From positions 372,001 through 436,000 of the forward strand of contig MU058667.1 of assembly GCA_013265495.1 (NCBI GenBank): a DNA stretch of 64,000 nucleotides. Reading direction: 5' to 3'. The notes beneath the pieces were generated by a model. It ran no database searches, had not been told where the DNA came from, and saw only the letters and a program-made list of their open reading frames with translations. This document shows positions 1 through 13,043 of the stretch, piece after piece. The stretch's first letter is position 1. Each line of letters opens with the position of its first letter. This stretch comes from Vicugna vicugna. Its lineage: Eukaryota. Made by a program: the position numbers and the translations under genes.

Positions 1-110
1 TATGGGTTATACACCTGGGAGGGGAATTACTGGGGCACAGGGTATGTTTTACCTTCAGGTTTATTTGAGGAAACTTTCCCAAAGGGCTGTTTCAGTTTAT
101 ACTGCGGCCA
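1..110 (-). mobile_element. Old L1 fragment (L1M-type, ORF2 3' region)
   Basis: tatacacctgggaggggaattactggggcacagggtatg resembles the reverse-strand L1 motif tatatacccaggagtggaattgctgggtcatatgg. Confidence 0.5.
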
Positions 111-929
111 AAGCTTTGTCGTCTCTCACCTAAAGCAACCCCAGATGCTTGGCTCATTCCACCGGGCTTGTCTTCCCTATGGAACCCGGCTCATAAATTT
201 ATTTTCTTATTACTTCTCTGTTGCTTTCAAGAAGTTTCTTTGGTATGTTGTCCATTTTTGATGACTGTCTTCATTTGGAAGGTTGTTCTGAACTATCTAT
301 CCCACCTTTACTAAGCAGAACATCTATTATTTATGGAAACATTTATTGTGTGCCTGCTGTCTACCGAACCTACTGGGTGCTAAAGGATTTTCTTCCATCT
401 TAACAGAGTAATTCCTATAGTTACTGGGGACTGTAGACCTGAAGTATCTCAGTAGTCCTAAATGGAGGCTTTTCACTGGGGCTATATGCGAGTTCTTAAA
501 GCCACGAGCCTCAACCCAAGGGAGTGTTCGTATAAGATATAGAAAAATAGAGGGTAGCTCTCATTACAATTTGCTCAGCCTCCTCTGGGTGCCAGGTGGC
601 CTCCTGGGAACCACACACAGATTTCTCACACACACTAAGGCCCGCCACCAGCCTTGGTGTTGCCTGAAGCTGTTACTCAGGCTGTAACCCTAGTTGTGTA
701 AGTTCTGGGGGCAGAATTAGCACTCACAGTGAGAGAGGCCACTGCTCCTTGCAGTGCATGTGCACGTGCACGCCGCAGGTCGTTCTGGCGTCACAGCGCC
801 CTAAGAAGCACCATTCGAGAGGTCCACCTGAACGGTGCGAATGTAACGCACGTCCACCTGGTGTCCTGGAAGTGGGGACAACGGGGACTTCTGCGGCTCT
901 GTGAAGGCCAAAGTGCCCTTCAAGGCTTT

Positions 930-1185
930 GCTTAAACGTCACATTCTCACTGAGGCCTTACCCCATCTTAGCATCTCAGACCCACATAACCATCTCTACT
1001 TTTCTTCTTTAAATCCTTACCACTAAAACCCTTCAACACGCTGGATTATTTATTTCCTAAATCTTCTGCTTCACTAGCCCTGCTTCTAGACCGTGAGCCC
1101 CGCAAGGATGGAAGGCTTTGCTTCACTCACGGATGCACCCTGAGGGCCTAAGAGTTTCTGGAACAAAGGCAGCATCTGGTAAAGG
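930..1185 (+). mobile_element. L2 3' fragment
   Basis: ctagaccgtgagccccgcaagg...ttcactcacggatgcaccc...tctggaaca resembles the L2 3' end. Confidence 0.5.
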
Positions 1186-1619
1186 GTTACTGGATTTCTG
1201 CTTATAAGTCATCAACTGAAAAAACACAGGCAGATGACGGTATTTACTCCTATACGGGTCAGGTAACCCACGTCAACTGGTTTAAGTCTTCTGGGGGCTG
1301 TTTCAGCACTGTAAGCTTGCTGTTATCCTAAGGGCTTCACTCAGATTTTTTTCAGCATTGTTTTGAATGCTTTTATAGTGACTCAACAGTTTTTTCAGTA
1401 AGACAATAAGAATAGTGGGAAGTTAGAACTGCCAAAGATAAGAAGTTAAACTCCCCCGTGTCCAAGATAAGATGGAAGATTCGTTTATCCCGGAGGCACA
1501 GGCCCCGGAGCGCCCGGAACCTTGCACGCACGGGCTTCTTGACCGGATTGGCCGCTGTCTAGTTGGACAAGCCTGGTGGTGCCAGAGCCACTCACAGACT
1601 CACGTGAGCCTCCGCTATG

Positions 1620-1643
1620 GCTCCTCTGGACGTCAGCAGGGCC
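1620..1643 (+). repeat. 24-bp exact direct repeat, copy 1 (gctcctctggacgtcagcagggcc)
   Basis: Identical to 3641-3664; flanks unrelated. Confidence 0.9.
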
Positions 1644-1885
1644 TCCCGCCTCCAGCCCCCTGTCTCACACCACCACTGATTGCACATTTGCTTTTTCCAT
1701 CATCCCCAAAGAGGAAGGACAATTGCACGCTTCTTCGCCCTGTAATGCTACCAGACTTCTGCCTCTCTTTCTCTTAGGTCTGCTTTTCCTAATTTTGTCT
1801 GTTATGAGAACTCAGGATTTACTCCCTTAACAACAGAACATAGAGCAGCATTAATTACATTTCTCATGTGGTACATTATTACATG

Positions 1886-2093
1886 TACTTTTTTTTTGAA
1901 GTATAGTTAGTTTACAGTGTGTCCATTTCTGGTGTTCAATTCTTCAAGTCACACATACATACATGTATTCGCTTTCATATTCTTTTTCATTATAGGTTAC
2001 TGTAAGAGATTGAGTATAGATAGTTCCCTGTGCTGTACAGTAGAAACTTGTTTATCTATTTTATATATTAGTCGTTAGTGCCTGCAAATCTCA
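1886..2093 (-). mobile_element. L1 3' end (cetartiodactyl/camelid-type), heavily 5'-truncated
   Basis: Poly-T followed by gaagtatagttagtttaca...ttccctgtgctgtacagtag...tgcaaatctc; homologous to the L1 tails at 20500-20760 and 33960-34180. Confidence 0.85.
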
Positions 2094-2989
2094 GTCTCAC
2101 GTCCCTAAACTGTGACCAAACAGGAAAGGCCTGAAGCCTCTTCCAATTAACCTTCAAGCAGGGTGACCGCCATGGGGCAGTGGCAGCCCCTCCCGGGGGG
2201 AGAGGGCAGAAACTCCCAGCCTTCCCCTGAATGTCCCTGTGACCTCCCTGAAGAGCTGGCTGCCCCCTCCTTGCTGACTCTGTGACCTGAGCACCATGCA
2301 CAGCCCACGGGGAGTTGTGAAGGCTCTTTAAATAAGGTAACTGGAGGAGGCACTGGGAACAGGGCTTCAATTCCACAAAGCACTCAGTGTTAGCAATTAT
2401 TATTTTTTTTCCATATGCTGGTTCAGCAGACATTTAATGGATCTGTTTATGGAGACTCATATTTGACAATCAATATTCAACGCAATTTTAAACTCAGATG
2501 ATAGGAGAATTTTCAAGGAAACCTAGTCTGACTTTTCCTGGGGTGGGGGAGGTGGGTTGTTGTAACGTAATGTTGGTTTTGTGGAGTTTTTGCTTCCCAG
2601 CTACTGCTTCTGTTTACTGATCACATCCAAAGCAGACGTGTTTCCTTCCCCCTCAAACCTGCCCTTTCTCCTCTGCTGCAGCCTTGAGCGGCCGCCTCCT
2701 CTCTGTCACCTAGGCAGAATCTAACTTCTCCCTTTTCCTCACTGGTCATCAAGTCCTGGAGATTCAAATTCTGCGCTGCCTTGCATTTGTCTCCTTCTCT
2801 CCATCCCTCCCACTCCTCCCTCATTGTGCTCCAGAATCTCAGCTCCAGGAGGGAAGGGCTTTTAGTATGAACAGTGCCTGGCACATCCAGACCTGTCAGT
2901 GTCTGTTGGATGTTGAATGAATTGTCTTATCACTGGAACCTGCAACTACTTTCCCTAACCAGCCCCCCTCTCCCCTGCACACTTGCCTC

Positions 2990-3495
2990 TTAAATAAATC
3001 TTTAAAAAAAAAATCAACGTAGTTATTTCCTTGCTTCAAACCTTCCAGTGGCTTGTTTTAGCCCCAGGAGAAGAGCCCAAACCCAGCAGCTGGCTTCCCA
3101 GGCACACCTTGTCGCAACCCACGCTGTCCTTTTAAGTTCTCTCTTCTGCTTTACCCCCTCCCACAAGATTCTGCAGACACACTTGCTGTGTTTCCTGGAC
3201 CTACTATGTGTTTTCTGTGGTCTTTGCTTTTGCCTGGCTAGTCCCTTTGCTTGGAATGTCCTTCCCTTTGTCACCTGTTGAATCCTTATCCGTATTTCAC
3301 AGCCTCAGTGATGCCTCAATTTTAAGCTCAATTTTCATGTTCAGCAAGTTGTCATCTCCCTCTGTCTTGTATGTTGGTCAATTGTAAATATCTGAGCATA
3401 TGAGTCCCTTGAAGCAAAATTCCCATAGCTTGGGGATTTTGAACCCCTTGTGTCTAGCTCAGCGCATGGCAGAAAGTAAGTGCCTGATATATGAT
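2990..3495 (+). mobile_element. L2 fragment
   Basis: ttgcttcaaaccttccagtggctt, gcttggaatgtccttcc and tgtctagctcagcgcatggcagaaagtaagtgcc are L2-like blocks in the expected order. Confidence 0.55.
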
Positions 3496-3640
3496 GGAGA
3501 TTCTTGTTATTTTCACGTAGATATTACCCTTATCACTGTAATTTGCACGGTTGTCACGACAGAGGGACTGGCCTGACCAAAACTCAGAGAGGATGGAGTA
3601 CAGGAAAGCGGGGGAAAAGTGGGGTGTTACCATCATTGCA

Positions 3641-3664
3641 GCTCCTCTGGACGTCAGCAGGGCC
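3641..3664 (+). repeat. 24-bp exact direct repeat, copy 2
   Basis: Identical to 1620-1643. Confidence 0.9.
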
Positions 3665-3741
3665 CACTGTGTAGGGACCACTGTGATCCCTGTCACAGGA
3701 CTGGTTCCCCAGGGTTCTCTGGTTGCCGGTCACACCAGATC

Positions 3742-3760
3742 TGGCCACCAGGTGGCACCC
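3742..3760 (+). promoter_or_regulatory. Candidate CTCF binding site
   Basis: tggccaccaggtggcaccc matches the CTCF core CCACYAGRKGGCR; occupancy unknown. Confidence 0.55.
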
Positions 3761-4567
3761 ATGCTCCATGAATGCTGCTCACAGTGCTAAGTCTGGGCTC
3801 CAGCCCTGGGCTCTCCCAGCCACAAGTGGACATCTGTCCCCACTGCACCTCTGCAGGTCTCCACCTGAGCCAGGTTCCACGCTCCTCCCGCTAAACCTTT
3901 ATTTGTGTTTACTCAGTTTCCTGCAGACTGGTTGATGCCCCTCTCCCAGCAGTCCATCTGGCCATTAGGAGGGCTGGAAGGAAGTGCCACGAGAGGGCCA
4001 GTCGCAGCCTGGGTGGACACAGTGAACTGTCAGCTCCGTCACGGAGTCACCCTTCAGCAGTAAGTCCCGAGAGGCCCAGACCCGGAAACAGTGTTCTCCA
4101 GCAGCCTCCCACTGTCCTGCCCCCTGCACCCAACCCCACCCTCAGAAATGCCACTTATCTGCCTGTCCCCGATATTTATGGCCAGCCCCTGACAGGCTTC
4201 TCCTCTGAGAAACAGATGACTTGCAAGAAGTGGGTGTCACACTACGTGGGCAGGAGTTTGGGGGGGGAGCCTTATGCAAACAGGACTCCCTGATACATTC
4301 AAGCAGGTGACCAGCAAGGCCCCATGTGCCCTCTTCCTTCTGCGGCCATGTCTCAGGTTCATCTCCCAGGGAAGGGCTCCTCTCCTGCTGGGCCTGGGCT
4401 CTGTGGGCACCCAGGTCTTGCCTCTCAGCTCTCATGGGCACCACACTCCAGGCATAGTCTGTCTGGATGGTCCACTTCCCGTCAGAGGCTGTTAGGAGCT
4501 GTTGGCTATCATTTGGCAATGAGTTCTTACTTTCAGTGTGCATGAGCTCATGGAAATAGTGGGGCTT

Positions 4568-6380
4568 AAAGAAATGGAAAGATATCCCATGCTCTTGGAT
4601 TGGAAAGATTAATGTTGTTAAAATGGCCCAACTACACAAAATGATCTACAGATTTAACGTGATCCCTATCAAATTACCCAGGACATTTTTCACAGAACAA
4701 GAATACATAACCCTAAAATTTATATAGAATCACAAAAGACCCAGAATTCCCAAGCAACACTGAAAACCCTAAAATTTATATAGAATCACAAAAGACCCAG
4801 AATTCCCAAGCAACACTGAAGGAAAAGAACAAAGCTGGAGGCATAACCCTCCCAGACTTCAGACAATACTACAGAACTATAGTAATCAAAACATGGAATT
4901 GGTGTAGAAACAGACACATGGATCAATGGAACAGAATAGAGAGCCCAGAAATAAACCCCAAGACTTATGGTCAATTAATCTTCAAGAAAAGAGGCAAGAA
5001 TATACAAGGGAGAGAAGACAATCTCTTCAGCAAGTGGTGTTGGGAAAGCTGGACAGCCGCATATAAATCAATGCAGTTAGAACACCCCGTCACACCATAC
5101 ATAAAAATATACTCAAAATGGCTTAAAGACTTAAAATGAGACAGGACACCATAAACATCCTAGAAGAGAACACAGGCAAAACATTCTCTGATGTAAGTTG
5201 TAGCAACGTTCTCCTTGTTCTCCTAGGTCAGTCTCCCAAGGCAAAATAAATAAAGGCAAAAATAAAACAAATGGAACCTAATTATACTTATAAGCCTCTG
5301 CACAGCAAAGGGAACCATAAACCTAACGAAAAAACAACCTATGGATTGGGAGAAAATATTTGCAAATAATGTGATTCACAAGGGCTTAGTATCCAGAATA
5401 TACAAATAGCTCATACAACTCAATAACAAAAACAAAACAAGCAATTCAATCAAAAAATGGGCAGAAGACCTAAACAGACATTTCTCCAATGAAGACATAC
5501 AGATAGCCAACAGGCACATGAAAAGATGCTCAGTATCACTAATTATCATATAAATGCAAATCAAAACGCCAATGAGATGTCACCTCACACCATCAGAATG
5601 GCCATCATTAAAAAGTCCACAAATGACAAATGCTGGAGAGGGTGTGGACCAAAGGGAACCCTCCTACACTACTGGTGGGAAAGTAGTTTGGTGCTGCCAC
5701 TATGGAAAACAATATGGTGATTCCTTAAGAAAACTGCAAATAGACTTATGATCCAGCAATCCCACTCCTGGGCATATCTCCGGAAAAAATGAATTCAAAA
5801 AGATACATGCACCTCCAGTGTTCACAGCAGGTCTATATACAACAGCCAAGACATGGAAACAACCTAAATGTCCATCAACAGATGACTGGATAAAGAAGTT
5901 GTAGTTTATATATATAATGGAATCCTACTTAGCCATAAAAAGAATACAATAATTCCATTTTCAGCAACATGGATAGACCTAGAGATTATCATACTAAGTG
6001 AAGTTAAGTCAGACAGGGAGACAAATATCATATGATGTTGCTTATATATGGAATCTTAAAAAAAAAAGATACAAACTAACTTATTTACGAAAAGGAAAGC
6101 GACTCACAGATTTATAAAACAAACATATGGTTACCAGGGGGAAAGAGGGGGAGGAATAAACTAGAGGTTTTGGATTAACAGGTGCACACCACTGTATACA
6201 AAACAAACCACATGGACTGCTGCTACTGTAGGGCTCAGGTAACTATATTCAGTATCTTGTAATAACCTATAATGAAAAACATGAAAAAGAATATATATAA
6301 CTGAATCACTATGCTGTACAGCAGACATTAACACAACATTGTAAATAAACTATACATCAATTAAAAAAGAAAAGAAATAA
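4568..6380 (+). mobile_element. 5'-truncated L1 (decayed ORF2 C-terminus, 3'UTR, A tail)
   Basis: ORF2 peptides [20 protein letters not shown] and KCWRGCG; A-rich tail ~6363-6380; degenerate TSD gaaatagtggggctt (~4550) / gaaatagcgggttt (~6381). Confidence 0.95.
4709..4820 (+). repeat. Perfect 2 x 56-bp tandem duplication inside L1 ORF2
   Basis: aaccctaaaatttatatagaatcacaaaagacccagaattcccaagcaacactgaa at 4709-4764 and 4765-4820. Confidence 0.95.
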
Positions 6381-7786
6381 GAAATAGCGGGTTTAGTCTG
6401 TTTTATGCTCAAGCACAAAGAAGCAATGGTTAGAACCCTCATATATTCATATATTTACATATTAAATCAACCACTTTTGTGCAGGGTTCTAGAAGAGAAG
6501 ATGCTTTTGAGATGTTCATGTGGCCTGTACAACAATTCCTCCCACACTGACTCTGGTGGGAGTGTGTCATGGGGCGGTGGGTGGTGTGCGCCACGACAGC
6601 AAGGCTTCTGCACTTGGTTTCAGGTGTGGAGGCAGGGAGGGACTGGAGAGAAAGGAGGCTATGGGCATTATTTAGTGCTTGGATCACAGCCAGGAAATTC
6701 CTCCTCCCCGCACAAGCTTAAAATACTTCCTCCCCCACTAAAGAGAACTCACAGGTGAGACAGTGCCTCTGACGCCCCCAGACTGAGGACATGAACATGA
6801 GGGAGAGCTGCGTCTGGAACCAGGCTGTCCACCTCTCCCCCACACCACCCCCAGGGAACAAAGCTGGAAGGTCTGAGGACAAGAAGCTGCGCCCCAGCGG
6901 AGCCCTGAGAACAAGCACAAACCCCTCCACTAAATCCCTCCCTGGGCTCTGGTGCCGAGGACAGCCCAGGGGGAGGAGAGGCCACCGCTGAGCCCAGGGC
7001 TGCTGAGACCTGGGAGAGAGGAGGACCTCGGGCACCATCGTGGGCGCACGTGTGGGGCTCTGACCGGCCTGTGGGAGGGCTGGCAGCCAACATCAGCACC
7101 CACTGTTCACTGGAGGTACCTCAGCCCATGAACTAACGCCACCAAAATGTATCCTGGGAAACCACAAAAGCACCGGATGCAGTTTTCTTTCCAAACCCCA
7201 AGAAGAGTTAATGCGGTTTTTATGATTGCAAACAAATCACCTGCCCTGCACACACTGTGCCCCTCCCGACATTGAGCTTTCAGGTTCCCTGTGTTCCGTA
7301 GCCTGGGGGGCTGTCTGGTTCCTGCTCCTTGTGAGCTTTGTAGGAGGATCACTGTCTTCCTGTGGGTGTTCTAGCCTGAAAGGGCCTGACAAGGGGGCAT
7401 CTCTTCTGCACCCATGAAAGGAGAACCAGCCTCTCTGCCTCCACTGCCTTCCAGAGACGGTGAGAGGGCGGCAAGCTGGAGAAAAAGCACCTCGCAGAAC
7501 ACGAGGTTTTTGATACTGATCGCGCACAGGGTTATGCCAAGTTAGATTCTTGGCCCAATACCCACAGTCACTTGTTTAGTGAATGGCTTAGTATTTATCT
7601 GAATTCGCAGTCAACTTGGGCCTCTTCGAACTACAGTTCTTTTGCAGGAGTCCAAAGTTGTCCCCAAATTTTTGCAAGTTCCTAGGGAGTAAAGGCAGCT
7701 CATTTGCTCATGAAACTTCTGTCTCCATGACATTGATCCAGACAAGAAACTCAGCCCTGTCTTCAAGCTCTTAAAAAAATCCACTT

Positions 7787-8521
7787 GGAGAAAAGGGAAC
7801 CCTCGTGCACCACTGGTGGGATTTTAAATTAGTGCCGCCACCATGGAAACAGTAGGGACGTCTCTCAAAAAATTAAAAATAAAACTAGCATGTGATCCAA
7901 CAATTCCCTTTGTGGGTATTTACCCGGAGAAGACAACTCAAAAAGACACATGTGCCCCTATGTTCATAGCAGCATTATTTAAAATAGCCTAGATAGGGAA
8001 ATAACCTAAGTGTCCATCTATAGATGAGTAAAGATATGAGATACATATATGTGTGTGTATATATGTAATGGAATATTACTCAGCCATAGAAAAGAATGAA
8101 ATCTTGCCATTTGTGACAACATGGATAGACATGGAGGATATTACGCTAACTGAAATAAGTCAGACAGGAAGACAAATAACATATGATCTCTCTTGTAAGT
8201 GGAATCAAAAAAAAACAGAACAAACTGAAAACACTCATAGACGCAGAGAACAAATGAGTGGTTGCCAGAGGGGAGGGGGTTTGGGGGATGGAATAAGGGA
8301 AGGGGATTAAGAGGTAAAAACCCCATTATAAAACAAATAAGCCACGGGGATATAACAGACAGCATACGGAATGTGGTCAACAATATTGTAGTAACTTTGT
8401 ATGGGGACAAACCATGACTAGACTTACCACGGTGATCATTTTATAATGTATGCAAATGTCCAGTCAGTACGTAGCACACCTGAAACTAATAATATTGTAC
8501 ATCAATCACATTTCAGTTTGT
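7787..8521 (+). mobile_element. Older L1 3' end (L1MA-like)
   Basis: ORF2 terminal peptide MEYYSAIEKNEILPFVTTW plus 3'UTR; degenerate TSD aaaaatccactt (~7775) / aaaaatctcactt (~8522). Confidence 0.9.
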
Positions 8522-9604
8522 AAAAATCTCACTTAATGTGTTTGTGATAGAATTTGCTGAAGTTTCAGGGTGGGGGAGACAGAAGAGCTTCCACCACAGC
8601 AATGAACACTCTGAGCGTCAGGCATCTGTCCTCTTACGGTTTCCTGGCAGGAAAGTGTCTCTGGGGTCGGGGTCTGGACCCCATTCTGCTCACTTCGCTG
8701 TCTGACTCTTCACTCTCTCCCCTGCTTTGCCTCCTTCCCGGCTCCTTCCCTCTGTGCTACCCCCTCGCCTTTTCTCAGAGGCCCCTTGACCCAGTGCTTT
8801 GTAGCTGAGTTCCTGCCAGTCTCACCTCCTACCCTGAGGTGCTTGTCAAAGTTATTGTCTGAAAACAAAAGCAGTCCCCTCCCGAAGAGGAGCCCCGGGG
8901 CCAGCTGTTAAGAGGACAGCATTTTCACCTCCTGACTTTTACCATTTGTAACAGAATCTAAAAAACGTTCTCAGCAGCTTTGACGCTGGGAAGAGATTTG
9001 AGCTGGGAAAAGTGACCTACGTATGTTGTAAAAATTGAAATGACAAAGGAATGACATGGAGGGAAAGGGATAAAAGTCTCCCAGAAATCCAAGCGGCCCA
9101 TTCTGGTAGCTGAGACTAAAAGAAAAGCCAGTGCGCCTCTTCTCAGCGGACCCCCACCCCCCTGGGCAGGCAATGTGGAGAGGCCTGCAGGGTTCTGAGC
9201 CCCTGCAAGCAAAGGTTCCTGGAGGGAACAGGCTGGGGCTCACCTGGATGTCTGGGGACCCTGGGGGTGACAGTGGAAGCTGGTTTCAGGGAGGCTCCCA
9301 GTGAGACCCGCTGGGATGGACCCTGGTGGGGATGGATGTGGGTGGGGCTGGGTGCCAGGTCTCAATCCTCCCGCTGTGATGCAGAGTGACTGCCGGCGCC
9401 CCAGGCAGGCCAAGGTGGAAGAACCCCCTCCTGCACCCCTGCAGCTGGCTGTTTACCTTGCCCCATCACTGTCAGTGTCACGGCGTGGACTCTCGTCTCC
9501 CCCACTAGACTGCACCTCTCTGCGGCAGGCGCCAGGTCCAGCTTACTGCTGTGCACCGGGTCCCGGGAGGTGTGCAGCACACAGGGAAAGCAGGAAGGAG
9601 GAAA

Positions 9605-9760
9605 AGTTTGGGTCTGACTTTTAGTTTCTACACTGACTTATTCTGAGGCCTCTGGCAAGCTTAAAAACCTCTCTAAAATTTCACTTTTCTCAGAACAGAA
9701 TAAATGGTCTTGAAGGGAAGACAAATGATCTAACGAAATAGATGTGAAAACACTTGGAAA
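9605..9760 (+). mobile_element. MIR SINE
   Basis: ggcaagcttaaaaacctctctaaaatttcact core-like block and aacgaaatagatgtgaaaacactt tail. Confidence 0.5.
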
Positions 9761-9939
9761 GTCAGCAGGATGAGGAACAATGGTTATGGGGTCAGAAGCT
9801 CACTGGCCCAGCTCCGTCCCCAACAGCGTCCTCCTGTACAGAGTACCTCGGTCACGTGAGTGCCCGTGCCCTCCCCCAGATCCCAGCTTCACGTTTCTGC
9901 TAACTTTACTTGGGATAAATGGAGACCCAGAGAGCGAGT

Positions 9940-10400
9940 CTCTGGTCCAGAGCCACGCAGCTCTCCCCCGAGCCAGCAGAGAGGAGACCGCGGACTGCCA
10001 GCCCCGCTCCCTCCTGGCTGAGGGGCCGCCTGGCGCGGGGCCCTGGTAACTTGCAGAGGACGCTGCCCAGACCCAGGGCCGGGCGTGCCCATTTTAAAAG
10101 GCATTTTAGAACATCAGCCCTAGGGTTCTGAAATTCAATCAGGCAGAGCCTGAATGTAAAGAAAAGAAAGCCCGATACGTGTTCACAGTTTAATTAAAGT
10201 CTGCCGCTCTCGTCCTCAGTGCCCCTCCTCCACCCCCGCCTTGTGCCACTTCACCCCATTAGCACCCCACGTGGGCGCTGGGCCTCTCACCCCACCTCTC
10301 CCACCCTCGCCAGGTGAGCGGGCCTGCCGTGCACGAGGGCCGGTCCGTGTCTGAGGGTGAGCAAACGAAGAGAGCACATAAACCAACGGAGAAATGCATG
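9940..10400. promoter_or_regulatory. Small GC/CpG-rich non-repeat patch (promoter- or enhancer-like)
   Basis: Visible CpG cluster (ggggccgcctggcgcggggcc, ggccgggcgtgcc, gccgtgcacgagggccggtccg) in otherwise CpG-poor DNA. Confidence 0.35.
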
Positions 10401-11409
10401 ACTGGGACACAAGAGCCCCCGACCAACAAGAGGACACTGACATCTTAGCAGCTTCTGTGACATCTCTCCTGCCAGCACCTCCGTCCACACAGCTCTCACA
10501 GGCAGGCTCCCCATGGTGACCCCTTCCTGAAGCAAATTCTGTTCTGGGGATTCTGCCTGTCAAGCCTCAGCCTCCTCACTTGAGAAGTAGGAGCCACATT
10601 CATCCTTACCTCCTAAGCTTTGTGGGGCCGCAAGGGTGCATGGGCACGGAGGTGGGAGACACACGCTAACTTCTCACAACACCGTGTCCCCTTATGGGAA
10701 AGGCGCAGCAGCCCCCTTCACTCTCCTGCTCTCATCCCTCCAAACTCTGATCCTCCGCACACAGCTGGTACCTGTGCATACACGTGTGTGTACGTGTCCA
10801 CACCGTGCACACACTGCACGTGACGGCATCGCACGCTCACATCACTCACACTACAGTATGTCCTCACTCAGGCCCAGCCAACCTGAGAGCATGGCCATAT
10901 TCCTGGCTGCCACCAGGAGACAATGGATAGAGGGGATCTTTCCAGAGAGCAGAACAGGCAGCTGGGAGATGAGCTAACTGAGGAATTTACTCAGCAGAGC
11001 CTCAGTTAATCCACTCCCCGCCTTTGAATAAACTAGAACAGGCAGCCCTCTGGGTGGCAGTCACCTTGTGGGTGCAGCTGTGGCAAGCAGCCAGGCCACT
11101 GTGCTGACGAGGAGACAACAGCCCTTCAACCTGGGGACTCAGCCCTGTGCCAGAGACAGTGGCTTGCAGAGTGGATCACACGCTGGATTTCAGCCCAGCT
11201 GGGTTTCAAGTGGGTGTTTCTGTGCAGGGCTCAGCATGCACGTCTAGCCGGTGGCCCTGGTGGTCCCTGGCTGCCCTCGCAGGGGAGTTCTTTGTTCACA
11301 GTCCTCCTTGGACATTCCTGAGGTCTGTTTGGGGAGAACACCCTCCCTGGACCGCACAGCTTCAGCAGCTCCCGTGCTGCAGGCGTGGGCTTGGGGACTG
11401 GGATTGTAC

Positions 11410-11680
11410 TAGGGGCGTGTTTAGTCCAAGAAGAGTGTGCAGTAAGTAGAGGAACGAGTCTCATATCCTTGAGAAACACTAAGATTTATGTTAAGAGGTC
11501 AGCTAGAGAACGAGGAATCACTAAGGAACGCGGAGAAAGTAGGGACAAGAAGTCTGAAGAGAGGAAGGGAAGATGGCAGCACGGAACCAACGGAAGAGAT
11601 TTTCAAGGATGGACTGGCAACGTGTGAGAGCGAGATGAAAATGGAAGCGGCCGAGGAATCTGGCCTTGGACCTTCAGTTA
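11410..11680 (-). mobile_element. L2 fragment
   Basis: Purine-rich agaggtcag...ggaagagattttcaagga pattern typical of reverse-strand L2. Confidence 0.45.
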
Positions 11681-12083
11681 TGCTTTGACCCCTTCTCACA
11701 GCAATGACCTTACTCTCCCTCAGTCTTGGGTGTGCGTGTGTGTATTTCCACTTACAAGGGTGCATCCTTTTTACCTTCCTGTGACACTTGGCCCTGATGG
11801 GCAGTCCCTCTCCTTTATGCTTTTCCCCCTTCAGCTTCTGGTATTAACTCTCTCCTTGTTTTCTCTCCTGGTCTTCCTCTCTGCCTGGTTCCCCCTCACC
11901 GTTCTCCCCAGAGCTGGGACCTCAGCCCACGGCTCTTTCACTCCTGTATCCCCAGTTGCCATGACGTTCCCTCCTGACGTTTCAGTTCCGTTGGTCTTAT
12001 TTCCAAATTCACTGATGCCTCCCGAGACGCAGGCATGTTTTGGACATACCCACTTGGATGGCTCAGAAGTACCTCAGACTCAC

Positions 12084-12577
12084 TGTATTAGGACCAAAAA
12101 ACCCCAAAGAATTTAAGAATACAAAATTATTGCTTCTGTGAAATAAAATTCATATTTTATGGCAATACAAGAAAAATTTAAACAAAAAGTATTCTCTGCC
12201 TTTCGACCCCGTCTCCCAGCTGCTCTGCATTGTAGATCTGCATTGTGCACTGATCAAACCTCCCCCTTGGCAAAGACCTGCTCAGCCATACAGAGCAACG
12301 TTCTTTCAGTATCAGCAAGACAACTACTTAAAAGGTAACATTCCTTCTTGATCTTTAAGGGGCCACAATGCTGCTTAGATCTGGATTGTGTAAACTGTCA
12401 ATAATATATCATTTAATGTACAGTCCCTCTGTCTCAAAAAACTGACATAACTGGGCCTTGACTTGTAACAGGCAGAACAACTCTCAGAGCTTTCTGAAAT
12501 GATGTTCCTGGGTTATAATCCTCAAATTTGGCGCCAGTAAAGTTTTCCATCTTCCTCTGATTAATTTTTCACAGACA
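12084..12577 (+). mobile_element. Solo LTR (ERV1 class)
   Basis: Starts TG (tgtattaggacc), ends CA (cacagaca); ctgggttataatcctcaaatttgg followed by the AGTAAA poly(A)-signal variant at 12536; interrupts an L2-like stretch. Confidence 0.75.
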
Positions 12578-13043
12578 CTTCCTATAACTGGAAAGTCCAA
12601 GATACGTAAATTCCAAATTTCGGGTGTGGCTGGAACCAGTTTCAAGCTGGGTCCTCTGGGTGCTCCCTGTCCCTGGTTCTTTGTCACTGTGTCAGCATCT
12701 GCTGCACCTTGACTCTCCTCTCTGACAAGCCTGCTTCACACAGTGGAGAGGTGGCCCTGGCAGCCTTCACCCTCACGCTACCCACTTAGCAACCCCAGAT
12801 GAATGACAACTTTAAACAACAGATCTGGAAGAAAAGTCTCCAGGAGATTATCGTTGTCTGCCTTGGGTCCCCATTTCCTTTGGTTGGGATACAGGGACTG
12901 GCACAGCTGGGTCCTGGGGGGCAGCCTCTGGGCAGGGCTGAGTGGAAGGATGATGTCAGGCCCCCACAACCACACTGTGTGGGATCGGCCCCCTTCCCTC
13001 CAGCCAAACAATCATTTGTTGTTTGTGACCCTAAAGGCTCTTT

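Noticed and set aside
4142..4639. 165-aa minus-strand ORF
   Set aside because: Begins in antisense L1 and continues into GC-rich unique DNA with no recognisable domain
12529..12536. tggcgcc as a tRNA primer-binding site
   Set aside because: Sits inside the LTR just before its poly(A) signal and does not extend as a tRNA 3'-end complement
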